DNA from: Gammaproteobacteria bacterium
Lineage (GTDB): Bacteria; Pseudomonadota; Gammaproteobacteria; Eutrophobiales; Eutrophobiaceae
Length of the DNA: 59,810 bases
Assembly: GCA_046757565.1 (NCBI GenBank)
Contig: JBHHYN010000005.1
Span: 1 to 59,810 of the forward strand
Reading direction: 5' to 3'
Below, piece by piece: positions 20,414 through 32,300 of the stretch. The position numbers were made by a program, and so were the translations under genes. The notes beneath the pieces are model-generated. The model had not been told where the DNA came from. It was given only the letters and a program-made list of their open reading frames with translations, and did no database searches. The first letter of the stretch is position 1. Every line of letters begins with the position of its first letter.

Positions 20414-23113
20414 TTATGTGAGCTTTCCATGACACTGTTTGTATTTTTTACCGGAACCACAGGGACAAGGTTCATTACGTCCTATTTTTCTTTCACTGCG
20501 TACGAAGGGTGTATTAGGCGTTGCTTCTCCCTGTTCCGGTTCATCCGACAAGGCGTTTGGAGCTGCCGGGTGATTATAGGACATTACCTGTAAACTTGGA
20601 GCCCGCTCTGCGATTTCAATATCATGCTCGGTACGAATATGCACTTTGGAAAGTATTGCTATTACATCATTTTTAATGTTCTCCAACATCTGCCTGAACA
20701 TCTCAAATGCCTCTCTTTTATACTCCTGTTTCGGGTTTTTCTGGGCATAACCGCGTAACCCAATCCCCTGACGCAGGTGATCCATCGCAACCAGGTGTTC
20801 CTTCCAATGCCGATCCAGCACATCAAACATGATCTCCTTTTCAAGCCTGCGCATCAACTCCACCGGCAGATGTCTTTCCCGATCTTCTACACTTTTACTG
20901 ATGCACCCTGTTATTTTTTCCCTTAATGTGTCTTCGTCCAATTCACTATCCTGCTCAAGCCATGTTGCAATCTCCGGTTTTACTCCAAATTCATGCTCCA
21001 GGGCCTCTGTCAGGCCATGTGTGTCCCACATTTCATCGAGGCTTCCCGGCGGTATATATGTATTGATCACGGCATTAACAACATCGTCCCGCATAATCCG
21101 GATATCCTCTGCAATCTCATCGGCCTCCAGAAGATCATTACGCCATTCATAAACAACCTTACGCTGATCATTCGCTACATCATCATATTCAAGTAGTTGT
21201 TTGCGGATATCGAAATTGTGAGCTTCGACCTTGCGTTGGGCATTTTCTATTGCCCTGGAAACAAGTTTGGATTCGATCGCCTCACCCTCCTGCATGCCCA
21301 ATCTCTGCATAATTGCTCCTACCTTCTCCGATGCAAAGATCCTCATCAGATTATCTTCAAGCGAAAGATAAAAACGGCTCGAACCCGGATCACCCTGCCT
21401 GCCTGAACGGCCTCTTAACTGATTATCAATACGCCTCGATTCGTGCCGTTCCGTCCCGATAATCCTTAGTCCCCCATTCGCAACGACTTGTTCATGATGT
21501 TTTTGCCATTCCAGTTTAATCTTGCTGATAGCGTCCTCATCGGTGACATTCAGCTTCTTTACTTCAGCTTCGAAGTTCCCTCCCAATACGATATCCGTAC
21601 CGCGGCCAGCCATATTGGTAGCGATGGTTACTGTCCCGGCTTTACCTGCCTGGGCAATAATATCTGCCTCCTTCTCATGAAATTTTGCATTGAGCACCTG
21701 GTGTTTTATTTTATCCTTTTTCAAAAGATTAGAGAGATGCTCTGACACTTCAATCGACGCAGTTCCTACCAGGACCGGTTGTCCTCTTTTATAGCAGTCT
21801 TTAATATCATCTATTATTGCCCTGAATTTTTCCTTTGCGGGCAGAAAGATAACATCCGGCTGATCGTCCCGTATCATGGATTCGTGGGTAGGGATGACCA
21901 CAACCTCAAGACCATATATTTGCTGGAATTCATAAGCCTCGGTATCCGCCGTCCCTGTCATCCCCGCCAATTTTTCATACAAGCGGAAATAATTCTGATA
22001 GGTAATCGTCGCCAGTGTCTGGTTTTCATTTTGTATACGCACTCCTTCCTTCGCTTCTATTGCCTGATGCAGCCCCTCCGACCAGCGGCGTCCTGGCATG
22101 GTACGCCCGGTAAATTCGTCAACAATGACAACTTCATTATCCTTGACAATATAATCTATATTGGGATGAAACAGGGAATGTGCACGAAGTGCCGCATTTA
22201 AATGATGTATAACAGGGATATTGACCGGATCATACAGGCTCTGCCCCGGTGAGATTATTCCCGCATCCTGTAGCAGAGCTTCTGCGGTCTCATTCCCTTC
22301 CTCGGTAAGATAGGCCTGCTTCGTCTTCTCATCAATAGTGTAATCACCGGGGCCGTCTTCTGTTTGTTGCCGGGTCAGTTTTGGAATAATATCATTAATA
22401 CTGATATACAGATCAGAACGATCATCCACCATACCGGAAATAATTAAAGGTGTCCTTGCTTCATCAATAAGAATTGAATCCACCTCGTCGACTATGCCAT
22501 AATATAATTCCCGTTGTACCCGATCCTCTTTGCGGAAGGCCATATTATCTCTTAGATAATCGAAACCAAACTCATTGTTCGTTCCGTAGATAATATCGGC
22601 GGCATAGGCCTGCCGGCGTTCATCGTTAGACAGACCGGATACGATGACGCCTGTGCTTAATCCAAGAAAGGCATAGATACTGCCCATCCATTCAGCATCA
22701 CGCCCGGCCAGATAATCATTGACAGTAATTATATGTACACCTTTCCCGGTAAGCGCATTCAAGTACGCCGACAACGTAGCAACCAGGGTTTTCCCTTCTC
22801 CAGTTTTCATCTCGGCGATGTTTCCTTCATGTAATACCATGCCGCCAATCAATTGCACATCAAAATGGCGCATATCAAGCGTGCGCTTGCTTGCTTCCCG
22901 GACGAGTGCAAATGCCTCCACCAAGAGATCATCCAGTTTTTCCCCCTGCTCCAGGCGCTGTTTGAGTTCCAGGGTTTTCTTCGGAAATGCCACATCTGAC
23001 AATTGCGAGATCTGCTCTTCAAGGGCATTAATCTTCACAACAGTTTTTCGCATACGTTTTAAGATACGCTCATTCCTGCTTCCGATAATTTTCGTTACAA
23101 CGTTTGTCAACAT
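20414..23113 (-). CDS. secA: Preprotein translocase SecA
   Basis: 899 aa; [39 protein letters not shown]-terminal SEC-C motif [13 protein letters not shown]. Confidence 0.98.
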   Translation of the reverse strand: MLTNVVTKIIGSRNERILKRMRKTVVKINALEEQISQLSDVAFPKKTLELKQRLEQGEKLDDLLVEAFALVREASKRTLDMRHFDVQLIGGMVLHEGNIAEMKTGEGKTLVATLSAYLNALTGKGVHIITVNDYLAGRDAEWMGSIYAFLGLSTGVIVSGLSNDERRQAYAADIIYGTNNEFGFDYLRDNMAFRKEDRVQRELYYGIVDEVDSILIDEARTPLIISGMVDDRSDLYISINDIIPKLTRQQTEDGPGDYTIDEKTKQAYLTEEGNETAEALLQDAGIISPGQSLYDPVNIPVIHHLNAALRAHSLFHPNIDYIVKDNEVVIVDEFTGRTMPGRRWSEGLHQAIEAKEGVRIQNENQTLATITYQNYFRLYEKLAGMTGTADTEAYEFQQIYGLEVVVIPTHESMIRDDQPDVIFLPAKEKFRAIIDDIKDCYKRGQPVLVGTASIEVSEHLSNLLKKDKIKHQVLNAKFHEKEADIIAQAGKAGTVTIATNMAGRGTDIVLGGNFEAEVKKLNVTDEDAISKIKLEWQKHHEQVVANGGLRIIGTERHESRRIDNQLRGRSGRQGDPGSSRFYLSLEDNLMRIFASEKVGAIMQRLGMQEGEAIESKLVSRAIENAQRKVEAHNFDIRKQLLEYDDVANDQRKVVYEWRNDLLEADEIAEDIRIMRDDVVNAVINTYIPPGSLDEMWDTHGLTEALEHEFGVKPEIATWLEQDSELDEDTLREKITGCISKSVEDRERHLPVELMRRLEKEIMFDVLDRHWKEHLVAMDHLRQGIGLRGYAQKNPKQEYKREAFEMFRQMLENIKNDVIAILSKVHIRTEHDIEIAERAPSLQVMSYNHPAAPNALSDEPEQGEATPNTPFVRSERKIGRNEPCPCGSGKKYKQCHGKLT

Positions 23114-23207
23114 GATCTATATAGGCGAATTACCCGGCGTGCCAGGAAATAACAACGCTAAAGATGGTTAAAACTAAACAAAAAAACAACGAAGAAAAGA
23201 TGATGGA

Positions 23208-24140
23208 TTACTTGAGGACAATATACTGTTTAGGATTCACATGCTGCCCGTTTCGTAATACTTCAAAGTGAACATGTGTGCCTGTACTTCGGCCTGAATT
23301 ACCCATGACCGCAATGACTTCTCCCTTTTCCACTTTTTCTCCAACAGTAACCAGGTTCTTCTGATTATGTGCGTAACGGGTGATATAACCACTACCATGA
23401 CTTATTTCAACCAGATTGCCATAACCATAACGGGGACCGGACCAGGTCACAATCCCTGCGGCCACGGCAGCTATGGGCATACCCGGCTTGCCTGCAAAAT
23501 CCAGCCCTTCATGAAATTCCCGTTTACCCGTCATAGGATCGCTTCGATAACCATATAAAGATGATATCCATCCGTCTTTCGCAGGCCGGCCGGCAGGTAG
23601 CGTCTGCTCCTGGAGTGTTCTGTTAATCAACATTGACTCCATTGCAGAGAGTTTTTCGCTCCTGTCCCGTATTTTCTCTTCCAGCCTGTCCAGCGTCCCG
23701 AGAAAATCCGGAATATTCATAGACTGCTGCTCATTTTCGGGGGCAGGGCCACCCATTCCCGGCGGGTTATCGACGCCGAATTCCATATCGTTGAGATCAG
23801 CCATTGCCGCCAGGCGCGTCCCTAATGCATCAAGCCGCATAACATGACCCTGCAGCAGGCTCAACCGGCTTGCCATTGCGTCCAGCGATTTCTCCGCTTT
23901 CAGTCTGACCGCATTCAATTTTTCCTCTTGTTTTGTGAACTCATCCAGCCAGACAGAAGCAGTCTGTTCACGTAACGAATCCAGTAGTGCAGACGAGTGG
24001 TTTGTTGCAAAGCGGATCCCGGAAAAGAAAAATCCCAGGAAGAGAAAAGCAAAGCAGAGACAAACAGCAATAATAGCAGCCGGTCCTAAAGAGACACTCA
24101 GGCCTTTCCGCCCTGGATTGGAGAAGAATAGGATTTGCAT
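23208..24140 (-). CDS. M23-family metallopeptidase
   Basis: N-terminal TM and coiled coil; HEGLD and STGTHVHFEV motifs; usual position upstream of secA. Confidence 0.9.
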   Translation of the reverse strand: MQILFFSNPGRKGLSVSLGPAAIIAVCLCFAFLFLGFFFSGIRFATNHSSALLDSLREQTASVWLDEFTKQEEKLNAVRLKAEKSLDAMASRLSLLQGHVMRLDALGTRLAAMADLNDMEFGVDNPPGMGGPAPENEQQSMNIPDFLGTLDRLEEKIRDRSEKLSAMESMLINRTLQEQTLPAGRPAKDGWISSLYGYRSDPMTGKREFHEGLDFAGKPGMPIAAVAAGIVTWSGPRYGYGNLVEISHGSGYITRYAHNQKNLVTVGEKVEKGEVIAVMGNSGRSTGTHVHFEVLRNGQHVNPKQYIVLK

Positions 24141-24163
24141 TGTCTATACTATAAACTGTGTCT

Positions 24164-24613
24164 ATGACGCCCAATCAAAACAAGACCCTGTCCATTCAAT
24201 CCGTCCTGAACAGCGGGTCAGAGGGGCTTTCCGCCTTGTGTGCCCATGCGTCCAGAATCGCCAACATACAGCAAATTCTTTGCACAGAGCTGGGACCGCC
24301 CCTTTCCGAACACCTCTCTATTGCCAACTTCAGGCACAGAACCCTCATTATACACGCTGACAGCCCGGCCTGGGCCACCAGACTTCGATTTAATGCACCG
24401 CATATCCTCAAGATCGCCCAAACCACCTGTGGTCTGACGGGATTATGTACAGTCCGGGTCAAAGTTTTCATACCCGAAAACGATTACAGTCAAGCAAAAA
24501 GAAAAATCTCACTTTCAGACAATAGCGCACGAACGATCCGCAAGTTGGCAAAAACCACCACCAGTACTCTCTTGCGCGCTGCCCTGTTCAGACTGAGCAA
24601 GCAAAAATCATAA
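24164..24613 (+). CDS. DciA/DUF721-family protein
   Basis: LIIHADSPAWATRLRF motif; position between lpxC and M23-secA. Confidence 0.8.
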   Translation: MTPNQNKTLSIQSVLNSGSEGLSALCAHASRIANIQQILCTELGPPLSEHLSIANFRHRTLIIHADSPAWATRLRFNAPHILKIAQTTCGLTGLCTVRVKVFIPENDYSQAKRKISLSDNSARTIRKLAKTTTSTLLRAALFRLSKQKS

Positions 24614-24683
24614 TTCCAACAGCAACGATATGATCCTCGGAATCTTTTGTGACCGGGACATAACGTCCGGATTTTCCCCACAT

Positions 24684-25595
24684 TTATACAGATGGAACAG
24701 GTTGCATAAAGGAGATGGGTAGTTCCATTTCATCTTCAAAACTTACCAGTTCCCAGGCAGATTCTGTTGCCAATAACTTTCTGAGCAGACGATTATTTAA
24801 CTTGTGTCCTGATTTATAACCCTTAAAGGAACCAATGAGACTGTGGCCGAGCAGGTACAAATCACCAATGGCATCCAGAATCTTGTGCTTTACGCATTCA
24901 TCTTCATACCTCAGCCCATCTTCATTTAATACCCGGTAATCATCGACAACGATAGCATTATCAAGACTGCCTCCCAAAGCGAGTCTGTTTTGACGCAAAA
25001 GTTCTACATCCCGCATAAATCCGAATGTCCTGGCTCTGCTGACTTCTTTCACATAAGAAGTAGTAGAAAAATCTATATCAGCCTGGCAGTTCTTATTGGT
25101 GAAAGCCGGATGCGTGAAGTCAATAGTAAATCCCACTTTGAAGCCGTCAAAGGGCTCAAACAACGCCCATTTATCATCGTCGTCGATGCGAACCGACTCC
25201 CGGATCCGCATAAATTTTTTTACTGCATTCTGTTTCTCTACACCGGCAGACTCGATCAGGAAAACAAACGGGCCGGCACTGCCATCCATGATAGGCACTT
25301 CATCAGCGCTTGTATCGATATAGGCATTGTCTATGCCAAAACCTGCTAAGGCGGAAAGAAGATGTTCTACGGTTGATATTCTGACATCTTGTTTAATGAG
25401 GGTTGTGGATAATTTAGTATCGCCAACATTCTCGGGGCATGCCTTGATCTCAACAGGCGTTTTCAGATCTACGCGGCGAAATATGATACCGGTATTTGCC
25501 GGTGCGGGCCGGAGTGTTAAATAGACTTTTTTCCCCGTATGCAAACCGACGCCGGTTGCACGGATAACATTTTTTAAAGTTCTTTGCTTTATCAT
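24684..25595 (-). CDS. lpxC: UDP-3-O-acyl-GlcNAc deacetylase
   Basis: [37 protein letters not shown]. Confidence 0.98.
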   Translation of the reverse strand: MIKQRTLKNVIRATGVGLHTGKKVYLTLRPAPANTGIIFRRVDLKTPVEIKACPENVGDTKLSTTLIKQDVRISTVEHLLSALAGFGIDNAYIDTSADEVPIMDGSAGPFVFLIESAGVEKQNAVKKFMRIRESVRIDDDDKWALFEPFDGFKVGFTIDFTHPAFTNKNCQADIDFSTTSYVKEVSRARTFGFMRDVELLRQNRLALGGSLDNAIVVDDYRVLNEDGLRYEDECVKHKILDAIGDLYLLGHSLIGSFKGYKSGHKLNNRLLRKLLATESAWELVSFEDEMELPISFMQPVPSV

Positions 25596-25729
25596 TTGTT
25601 ATTATCTTGGCAGATCCCCGTTGTGGGCTTCCTCAGAGAAGCCAATTTGTTGTTTTACGGGCAAATCCTGTATCTGTCAAGTTTAGCTTAGCATTCAACC
25701 ACCTCCGTCATCAAATGCAATAAACAGGC

Positions 25730-26866
25730 CTAATCCGCCTGCCGGCGCAGGAAAGCAGGAATATCCAGGTATTCGGGGTTCTCTTCCAGGGTATCGATAG
25801 CTGCCTTTGCGCCCTGATTCCGTATAACGGTAGGCCGTTCCAGCTCCTTGTAATCAATACTGCCGTTGCCATGTTGCACCAGCTTGACCCTTGCGGCTTC
25901 CTCCCGGGTGATTTGTCCAAGACCGGTAGCAACGATGGTGACCCGCATTTCTCCACTCATGTCCGGATCAATGACGGTGCCGACCACCACCGTAGCGTTC
26001 TCCGATGCGAACTGCTTGACGGTGCTGCCAACTTCATCGAATTCACCAATGGAGAGATCCATACCGGCGGTAATATTGACCAGGATGCCCCTGGCTCCCG
26101 ACAGGTTGATATCCTCCAACAGGGGGCTGGATATGGCCGATTGTGCAGCAACTTGCGCACGGTCCTCTCCCTGTGCCTTGCCTGAGCCCATCATAGCCAT
26201 ACCCATTTCCGACATCACCGTGCGTACGTCTGCAAAATCAACATTAATCAGGCCCGGGCAAGTAATGAGTTGTGCGATGCCCTGGACTGCCCCGAGCAAG
26301 ACATCATTCGCGGCACTAAAGGCATTTAGCAGGCTGACCTCTCGCCCGAGTACCGATAGCAGTTTCTCATTGGGTATGGTAATTAACGAATCGACAAACT
26401 GGCCCAGATCCTTTATGCCGTCGTCTGCAATCTGCGCCCGCTTTCTCCCTTCAAAGGCGAACGGCCGGGTCACGACGGCAACCGTCAGGATCCCCATCTC
26501 CTTGGCGACCTGGGCAACGATAGGGGTGGCGCCTGTACCCGTTCCACCACCCATACCGGCCGTGATGAAGACCATATCCGAGCCATCCAGCACATCCATA
26601 ATGCGGTCCCTGTCTTCCAGGGCCGCCTGTCTGCCGACCTCCGGATCGGCTCCTGCACCCAGCCCTTTGGTCACATTGCAGCCTAATTGCAAAATGGTGC
26701 GGGCCGTTGAATTTTTCAGCGCCTGTGCGTCTGTGTTTGCACAGATAAAATCGACCCCGTCTATATTGGCCCCTAACATATGTTGTACGGCATTACCTCC
26801 ACCGCCTCCAACACCGATGACCTTTATAATGGCTGTTGTATTTGTAGCATCGACTAGTTCAAACAT
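25730..26866 (-). CDS. ftsZ: Cell division protein FtsZ
   Basis: GVGGGGGNA, GGGTGTG, INVDFAD, C-terminal LDIPAFLRRQAD. Confidence 0.98.
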   Translation of the reverse strand: MFELVDATNTTAIIKVIGVGGGGGNAVQHMLGANIDGVDFICANTDAQALKNSTARTILQLGCNVTKGLGAGADPEVGRQAALEDRDRIMDVLDGSDMVFITAGMGGGTGTGATPIVAQVAKEMGILTVAVVTRPFAFEGRKRAQIADDGIKDLGQFVDSLITIPNEKLLSVLGREVSLLNAFSAANDVLLGAVQGIAQLITCPGLINVDFADVRTVMSEMGMAMMGSGKAQGEDRAQVAAQSAISSPLLEDINLSGARGILVNITAGMDLSIGEFDEVGSTVKQFASENATVVVGTVIDPDMSGEMRVTIVATGLGQITREEAARVKLVQHGNGSIDYKELERPTVIRNQGAKAAIDTLEENPEYLDIPAFLRRQAD

Positions 26867-26921
26867 CCCCTGGTCCTCCTATATATATGAAATTATCTAC
26901 ACCTTTGAGCCCGATAGACTC

Positions 26922-28157
26922 CTAGAAATTACCCTGAAACCAACTCTTCATGCGTTCCCACACACCCTTTATGCTTCCATCGAAGCGTACCCCCGCGGTG
27001 GCGTCCTGTTGCTGCCGCCGTCCAAACAACAATAAACCAACACCTGTCGAATAAATCGGGTTTTTTACAACATCGGACAGGCCACTGATAAATTGCGGCA
27101 TGCCCACCCTGACCGGCATATGAAAGATTTCCTCCGCCAACTCAATTGCACCTTCCATCTTTGAGCTGCCACCCGTCAGCACGACACCCGCTGCGACCAG
27201 GTCTTCATAACCACTCCGCCTCAATTCGGCCTGTATCAGTGTAAAAAGCTCCTCATATCTGGGTTCCACGACTTCTGCCAGGGTCTGCCGCGCAAGCCTC
27301 CGCGCTGGCCTGTCTCCGACGCTTGGAACCTCGATTGTCTCTTCCGGATTGGGCAGTTGAGTGAGGGCGCAGGCATACCGGACCTTGATATCTTCGGCAT
27401 GCTGTGTCGGTGTCCGCAAGGCGATGGCGATATCATTGGTGACCTGATCACCGGCTATCGGGATAACGGCGGTATGATGAATGGAGCCATCTATGAATAC
27501 GGCAATATCAGTCGTACCGCCGCCAATATCGGCAAGGCAGACACCCAGATCCTTTTCGTCTTCCGTCAGCACCGAGTAACTGGAAGCAAGCTGCTCAAGA
27601 ATGATATCGTCTACTTCCAACCCGCAACGCCGGACGCATTTCACGATATTTTGCGCAGAGCTGACTGAACTGGTGACCATATGCACTTTGGCCTCCAGGC
27701 GCACACCCGACATGCCAACAGGTTCTTTAATCCCTTCCTGACTATCAATGACGAATTCCTGAGGCAGGATATGCAGGATTTTCTGATCGGCGGGGATAGC
27801 TACCGCACGCGCCGCTTCAATGACTCTGTCGACATCCCCTATAGATACTTCATTGTCCCGAATTGCAACGATACCGTGTGAGTTGAGACTGCGTATGTGG
27901 CTGCCTGCAATCCCCGCGTAAATAGAATGTATCTCGCACCCTGCCATTAATTCAGCTTCTTCTATAGCCCTTTGTATGGTATGGACCGTCGATTCAATGT
28001 TCACGACAACACCCTTTTTCAGGCCGCGCGACTGGCTGGATCCGACACCGATAATTTCTATTTCACCGTCACTCGAAACCTCACCAACGATTGCAACAAT
28101 CTTGGAAGTGCCTATGTCCAATCCGACAATTAAATTTTTGTCAGCTTTTCTAACCAT
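26922..28157 (-). CDS. ftsA: Cell division protein FtsA
   Basis: GLDIGTSK, DIGGGTTD, VLTGG, C-terminal amphipathic helix; start MVRKADK. Confidence 0.97.
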   Translation of the reverse strand: MVRKADKNLIVGLDIGTSKIVAIVGEVSSDGEIEIIGVGSSQSRGLKKGVVVNIESTVHTIQRAIEEAELMAGCEIHSIYAGIAGSHIRSLNSHGIVAIRDNEVSIGDVDRVIEAARAVAIPADQKILHILPQEFVIDSQEGIKEPVGMSGVRLEAKVHMVTSSVSSAQNIVKCVRRCGLEVDDIILEQLASSYSVLTEDEKDLGVCLADIGGGTTDIAVFIDGSIHHTAVIPIAGDQVTNDIAIALRTPTQHAEDIKVRYACALTQLPNPEETIEVPSVGDRPARRLARQTLAEVVEPRYEELFTLIQAELRRSGYEDLVAAGVVLTGGSSKMEGAIELAEEIFHMPVRVGMPQFISGLSDVVKNPIYSTGVGLLLFGRRQQQDATAGVRFDGSIKGVWERMKSWFQGNF

Positions 28158-28950
28158 GGTTATCTTGCCCCGATTCAAGCCTGAATGAGCGTTCTTGCCT
28201 CCAGCGAACAGCAAACCCGTTGGTATAACGCAAATCAACTATCTCAATCTGCTTTAATTTGTTTCCTAAAGCTGATGATGTGTATCTTGCAAACCGCTCC
28301 ACTCTGTTTGAGACATTCTTTCTTCCAAGAATTACCGTTGGTCCGTCAACCAGTTTGAACGCCCATGCCCCCCGATCATTAAGAGTTAAACCGGCGATTT
28401 TCAAATTGCTTCGTTTCAAGGCACTCCGGATCTGCATGAACCGGTCAAGTAATAAAGAATAGGTATCTGCGGGACCTGTAAAAACCGGCAGGTTGACGGG
28501 AAAAGTCCGTTTGTCCGGAGAAAACAGCTCTGCATGCGAATTAATTAACCCCTGTTCGCCCCATCGCGCTATGGCGGTTTGTTCCATGACTTGTACACTC
28601 AAACTGTCGGGCCACACCCTGCGGACGGTCACCCGGTGGACCCATGGATTTTGGAACAGGACGTTTCGAATTGTTTCAACGTTAACATTAAAAAATCCAC
28701 CTCTTACCACGCCGGTCACGATGGATTGCAATGCCTCGGGCGAGAGGTGCCGGAACTCGCCTTGAATACGCACATTCCTGACAGGCAGGGTTTCCGGATC
28801 CATCAATGTACGCACACCCCATACCAACAATGCAGACATAACGGAAATGAAAAACAAACCGGCGACGAGTCGTCCTGAACTGTAATGCTCCCGCCCGTCA
28901 ATCTCCGGGAGATCTGCATCGTATTGCGCCATCAGAAACTGTGTATTCAT
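28150..28950 (-). CDS. ftsQ: Cell division protein FtsQ
   Basis: TM plus POTRA domain (PWV..V.VRRVWP), DLRY.NGFAV; dcw position. Confidence 0.93.
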   Translation of the reverse strand: MNTQFLMAQYDADLPEIDGREHYSSGRLVAGLFFISVMSALLVWGVRTLMDPETLPVRNVRIQGEFRHLSPEALQSIVTGVVRGGFFNVNVETIRNVLFQNPWVHRVTVRRVWPDSLSVQVMEQTAIARWGEQGLINSHAELFSPDKRTFPVNLPVFTGPADTYSLLLDRFMQIRSALKRSNLKIAGLTLNDRGAWAFKLVDGPTVILGRKNVSNRVERFARYTSSALGNKLKQIEIVDLRYTNGFAVRWRQERSFRLESGQDNHG

Positions 28951-29918
28951 GCAATCACCTTCCGTGATAACCCTGATTGCGCCATACTGGTCTCCAGTAT
29001 CATCAACACGAGATCGTCAAATTCAATCCCGGCCTGTCTGGCAGCCATGGGCACCAGACTATGGCTGGTCATACCGGGAATAGTGTTGACTTCAATCATC
29101 CAGCTTGTGTCAGCCTGATCCAGTATTAAATCCACCCTTCCCCAGCCACTCGCATTAATAAGTTTAAAGGCCTGCAGCGCCTCCTCTCTAATGGCCTCTT
29201 CTCGTTCAGGCTTAAGACCGCAAGGACAGATGTATTGGGTCGTTTCCTCGATATATTTGGCCTGATAATCATAGAATTCCCGGGGGGTCTGTAACCGGAT
29301 TAATGGCAGCACTTCATCATTTATAATTGAAGCGGTATATTCATCCCCTTCTATCCAGCGCTCCGCCATCACCCTCTGATCAAATCTCCTTGCATTAAAC
29401 CAGGCCGTTTTCAAATCATCTTTGCTGGAAACTTTCGCCGCCCCGCAACTTGACCCTTCATGCACGGGTTTGATCATCAATGGCAAACCGATTTCATTGC
29501 ACGCGCGTTGCAGGCACTCCTCCCCTTTTAACTCCATAAAGGCGGGTGTCTGCAATCCGTGTCGTTCCCAAATCCACTTGCTGCGGGATTTATCCATTGC
29601 CAAGGCGGAACCAAGAACGCCACTGCCTGTATAGGGCAGACCCATTACTTGCAACGCCCCCTGAACGACGCCATCCTCGCCACCGCGTCCGTGCAGTGCA
29701 ATAAAGACACGATCGAAATCAGCCTGACTCAGTTTGCCGAAGACATCCTCATGGACATCCAGAGCATGGGCATCAATTCCCTTGCGGCAGAGTGCATCGC
29801 AAACGGCCATGCCGGTTTCAAGAGAGATATCCCGTTCCGCGGAAACACCTCCCATCAGCACCGCCACCTTGCCGTAGGCATGAATGTCTCCTTTAACGAT
29901 TTCTGCACTGTCATTCAT
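28947..29918 (-). CDS. ddl: D-alanine--D-alanine ligase
   Basis: GG.SAER.IS, LHGRGGEDG, EGSS, FYDYQAKY, EVNTIPGMT. Confidence 0.96.
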   Translation of the reverse strand: MNDSAEIVKGDIHAYGKVAVLMGGVSAERDISLETGMAVCDALCRKGIDAHALDVHEDVFGKLSQADFDRVFIALHGRGGEDGVVQGALQVMGLPYTGSGVLGSALAMDKSRSKWIWERHGLQTPAFMELKGEECLQRACNEIGLPLMIKPVHEGSSCGAAKVSSKDDLKTAWFNARRFDQRVMAERWIEGDEYTASIINDEVLPLIRLQTPREFYDYQAKYIEETTQYICPCGLKPEREEAIREEALQAFKLINASGWGRVDLILDQADTSWMIEVNTIPGMTSHSLVPMAARQAGIEFDDLVLMILETSMAQSGLSRKVIA

Positions 29919-29922
29919 TCAG

Positions 29923-30828
29923 TCACTCACTTACATCCACACCGACGATATCTACTTCCGCTTCCAGTTTTATACCGAACTTATCAATAACCACTTGTTG
30001 CACATGCAGAATCAAATTTTCAATATCGGCAGCGGTCGCACTACCATCATTAATAATAAAATTGGCATGTTTGTCCGAGACACGTGCGTTACCTATGCGA
30101 GCCCCCTTTAACCCGCATTCATCAATAAGGCGCGCTGCATGATCATTTTTTGGGTTTCGAAATACGGAACCACAACTCCGCTCACCCATGGGCTGGGTCC
30201 TGGCACGCTGCGCCAGCAAATCACGAATGCGCCGATTTGCAGATTTATTATGATCGGACTGTAATTCAATCTGAGCGGAAATAAACCATTCCTCTTCAGA
30301 CAATCCGACTGTGCGGTAACCGATCTCGAACTTGTCTCGCGATCTGACTAGCGTTTCACCGCTGTGATTTATTGTTTCAGCACACACGACCAGGTCCCAG
30401 GTTTCCCCGCTGAATGCTCCCGCGTTCATGGCCAGGGCGCCTCCGAATGTGCCGGGGACCCCTGCAAGAAATTCCGCACCGGTTAACCCTGAATTTGCTG
30501 CAAACCGGGCTACTTTTGCACATCTGGCTCCTGCCCCGATTTTAAGACTCCGATCACCGATTAATGTTATGTCATCCAGTACACCGGAAATAGCAATAAC
30601 CGTCCCCCTGATACCCCCGTCACGAACGAGCATATTGCTGCCCAACCCAAGCCATGTGTACGTCTCGCCGCCTGCCTGCTGTGCAAGAAATGCCGACAGG
30701 TCATCCTGATCGGCCGGAATATAAAAAATGTCGGCCGGCCCTCCCACGCGCCATGATGTATGCCTTGACATCGGCTCATGGTATTTCAGAACACCACGTA
30801 ACTGATTGTTTACAGTCTGTCTAATCAT
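29923..30828 (-). CDS. murB: UDP-N-acetylenolpyruvoylglucosamine reductase
   Basis: HTSWRVGGPA, GLGSN, PGT.GGA..MNAGA, GSVFRNP, KHANF; start approximate. Confidence 0.95.
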   Translation of the reverse strand: MIRQTVNNQLRGVLKYHEPMSRHTSWRVGGPADIFYIPADQDDLSAFLAQQAGGETYTWLGLGSNMLVRDGGIRGTVIAISGVLDDITLIGDRSLKIGAGARCAKVARFAANSGLTGAEFLAGVPGTFGGALAMNAGAFSGETWDLVVCAETINHSGETLVRSRDKFEIGYRTVGLSEEEWFISAQIELQSDHNKSANRRIRDLLAQRARTQPMGERSCGSVFRNPKNDHAARLIDECGLKGARIGNARVSDKHANFIINDGSATAADIENLILHVQQVVIDKFGIKLEAEVDIVGVDVSE

Positions 30829-30878
30829 CGGATGATTATTCCGGTACTCTCCTGGTCTGTTTTCAAAATACAGCAACC

Positions 30879-32300
30879 TCAATGCACCTGTTCGCTAAAT
30901 CGTGTAAGTAAATCAGTGCCGAGAGAACTAATATTTCCCGCACCCAGAATCAACAACACATCGCCATTCAATACGATGTCAGGCAGAATGGAATACAAGT
31001 CTTCCCGGTTTTCGAGATATATCGGTAGCACCTTTCCACGCAGGCCAGTCTCATGGCAAAGAGAAGAAGAATCGATACCTGCGATGGCCTGCTCGCCGGC
31101 CGGATAGATATCAAGGAGAAATAACACATCGATTTCAGACAATACCCGGCAAAACTCATCGAACAGATCTCTGGTACGCGTGTAACGGTGCGGCTGAAAA
31201 ACAACAATGAGGCGATGCCCCGGCCAACCTGAATGAATTGCGGATAAAATGGCCGCGATCTCAGTCGGATGATGGGCATAATCGTCTATTAACAAAAGCT
31301 CCTTATCACAGATATCGATTTTCCCAAGAATATCGCATCGCCTGCCTATTCCCTGAAAATTCGACAGCGCCTTGCCAATGGCTTCCTTTTCCACGCCGAG
31401 TTCCGTCGCTATGGCTATGGCGGCCAGTGAATTAAGAACGTTATAATTGCCGGGCAAATTAAGTTTTACTTGCAACCACTCTTCGTCTCCCCGCCGGGAT
31501 ACGGTGAAGAAGATTTGGGATTGTTCCTGCCTGATTATTCTGGCACTGAAATCCGCATCATATTCAATCCCATAGGTTATAGATGGTTTCGTAATACCAG
31601 GAATTATTTCCCTGTTCCCCGCATCATCTACACACACAACAGCAAGACCGTAAAAGGGAAGTCTGTTCATAAACTCTGCAAAATTATCCTGCAGGCAATG
31701 ATAATCGCCACCATAGGCATCCAGATGATCGGCATCGATATTGGTCAAAACAGCCATCACCGGCTGGAGATGGAGAAACGAAGCGTCGCTTTCATCCGCT
31801 TCGGCGACCAGGTACTTACCACTACCAAGCCTGGCATTAGAACCGGCACTATTGAGAAGACCACCTATTACGTAAGTCGGGTCCAGCCCGCCCTCGGCAA
31901 GCAGGCTTGCAACAAGACTGGTTGTGGTGGTTTTACCATGTGTCCCCGCGATGGCGATTCCCTGGCGAAAACGCATGAGTTCGGCCAGCATTTCCGCCCT
32001 GGGAACGACGGGGATACGTTGCGCGTGTGCTGCGACAAGTTCTGGATTGCCTTCATAGACTGCACTCGATACCACAACGACATCACTGCCATTGATATAC
32101 GACGCATCGTGTCCCTTGACGACCTTGACGCCCAACGATTGTAAATGCCGGGTAACCCGGTTTTCATTCAAATCCGAACCCGACACCTCATATCCAAGGT
32201 TGTGCAGGACCTCGGCGATACCGTTCATCCCCGCACCACCTATGCCTACAAAATGGATATTCCTTACCCTTCCCATGGCATGTCTATTCAATTCAGACAT
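30879..32300 (-). CDS. murC: UDP-N-acetylmuramate--L-alanine ligase
   Basis: HFVGIGGAGM, GTHGKTTTT, EADESDASF, DDYAHHP, FQPHRYTR; start ATG at 32300. Confidence 0.96.
   Translation of the reverse strand: MSELNRHAMGRVRNIHFVGIGGAGMNGIAEVLHNLGYEVSGSDLNENRVTRHLQSLGVKVVKGHDASYINGSDVVVVSSAVYEGNPELVAAHAQRIPVVPRAEMLAELMRFRQGIAIAGTHGKTTTTSLVASLLAEGGLDPTYVIGGLLNSAGSNARLGSGKYLVAEADESDASFLHLQPVMAVLTNIDADHLDAYGGDYHCLQDNFAEFMNRLPFYGLAVVCVDDAGNREIIPGITKPSITYGIEYDADFSARIIRQEQSQIFFTVSRRGDEEWLQVKLNLPGNYNVLNSLAAIAIATELGVEKEAIGKALSNFQGIGRRCDILGKIDICDKELLLIDDYAHHPTEIAAILSAIHSGWPGHRLIVVFQPHRYTRTRDLFDEFCRVLSEIDVLFLLDIYPAGEQAIAGIDSSSLCHETGLRGKVLPIYLENREDLYSILPDIVLNGDVLLILGAGNISSLGTDLLTRFSEQVH

Noticed and set aside
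20327-20593. 88-aa ORF with FTFHFSL repeats
   Set aside because: Translation artefact of the TTTTCAC heptamer array, antisense to the end of secA.
25866-27035. 389-aa plus-strand ORF
   Set aside because: Antisense shadow of ftsZ; Ser/Pro/Thr-rich composition typical of reverse-frame ORFs on codon-biased genes.
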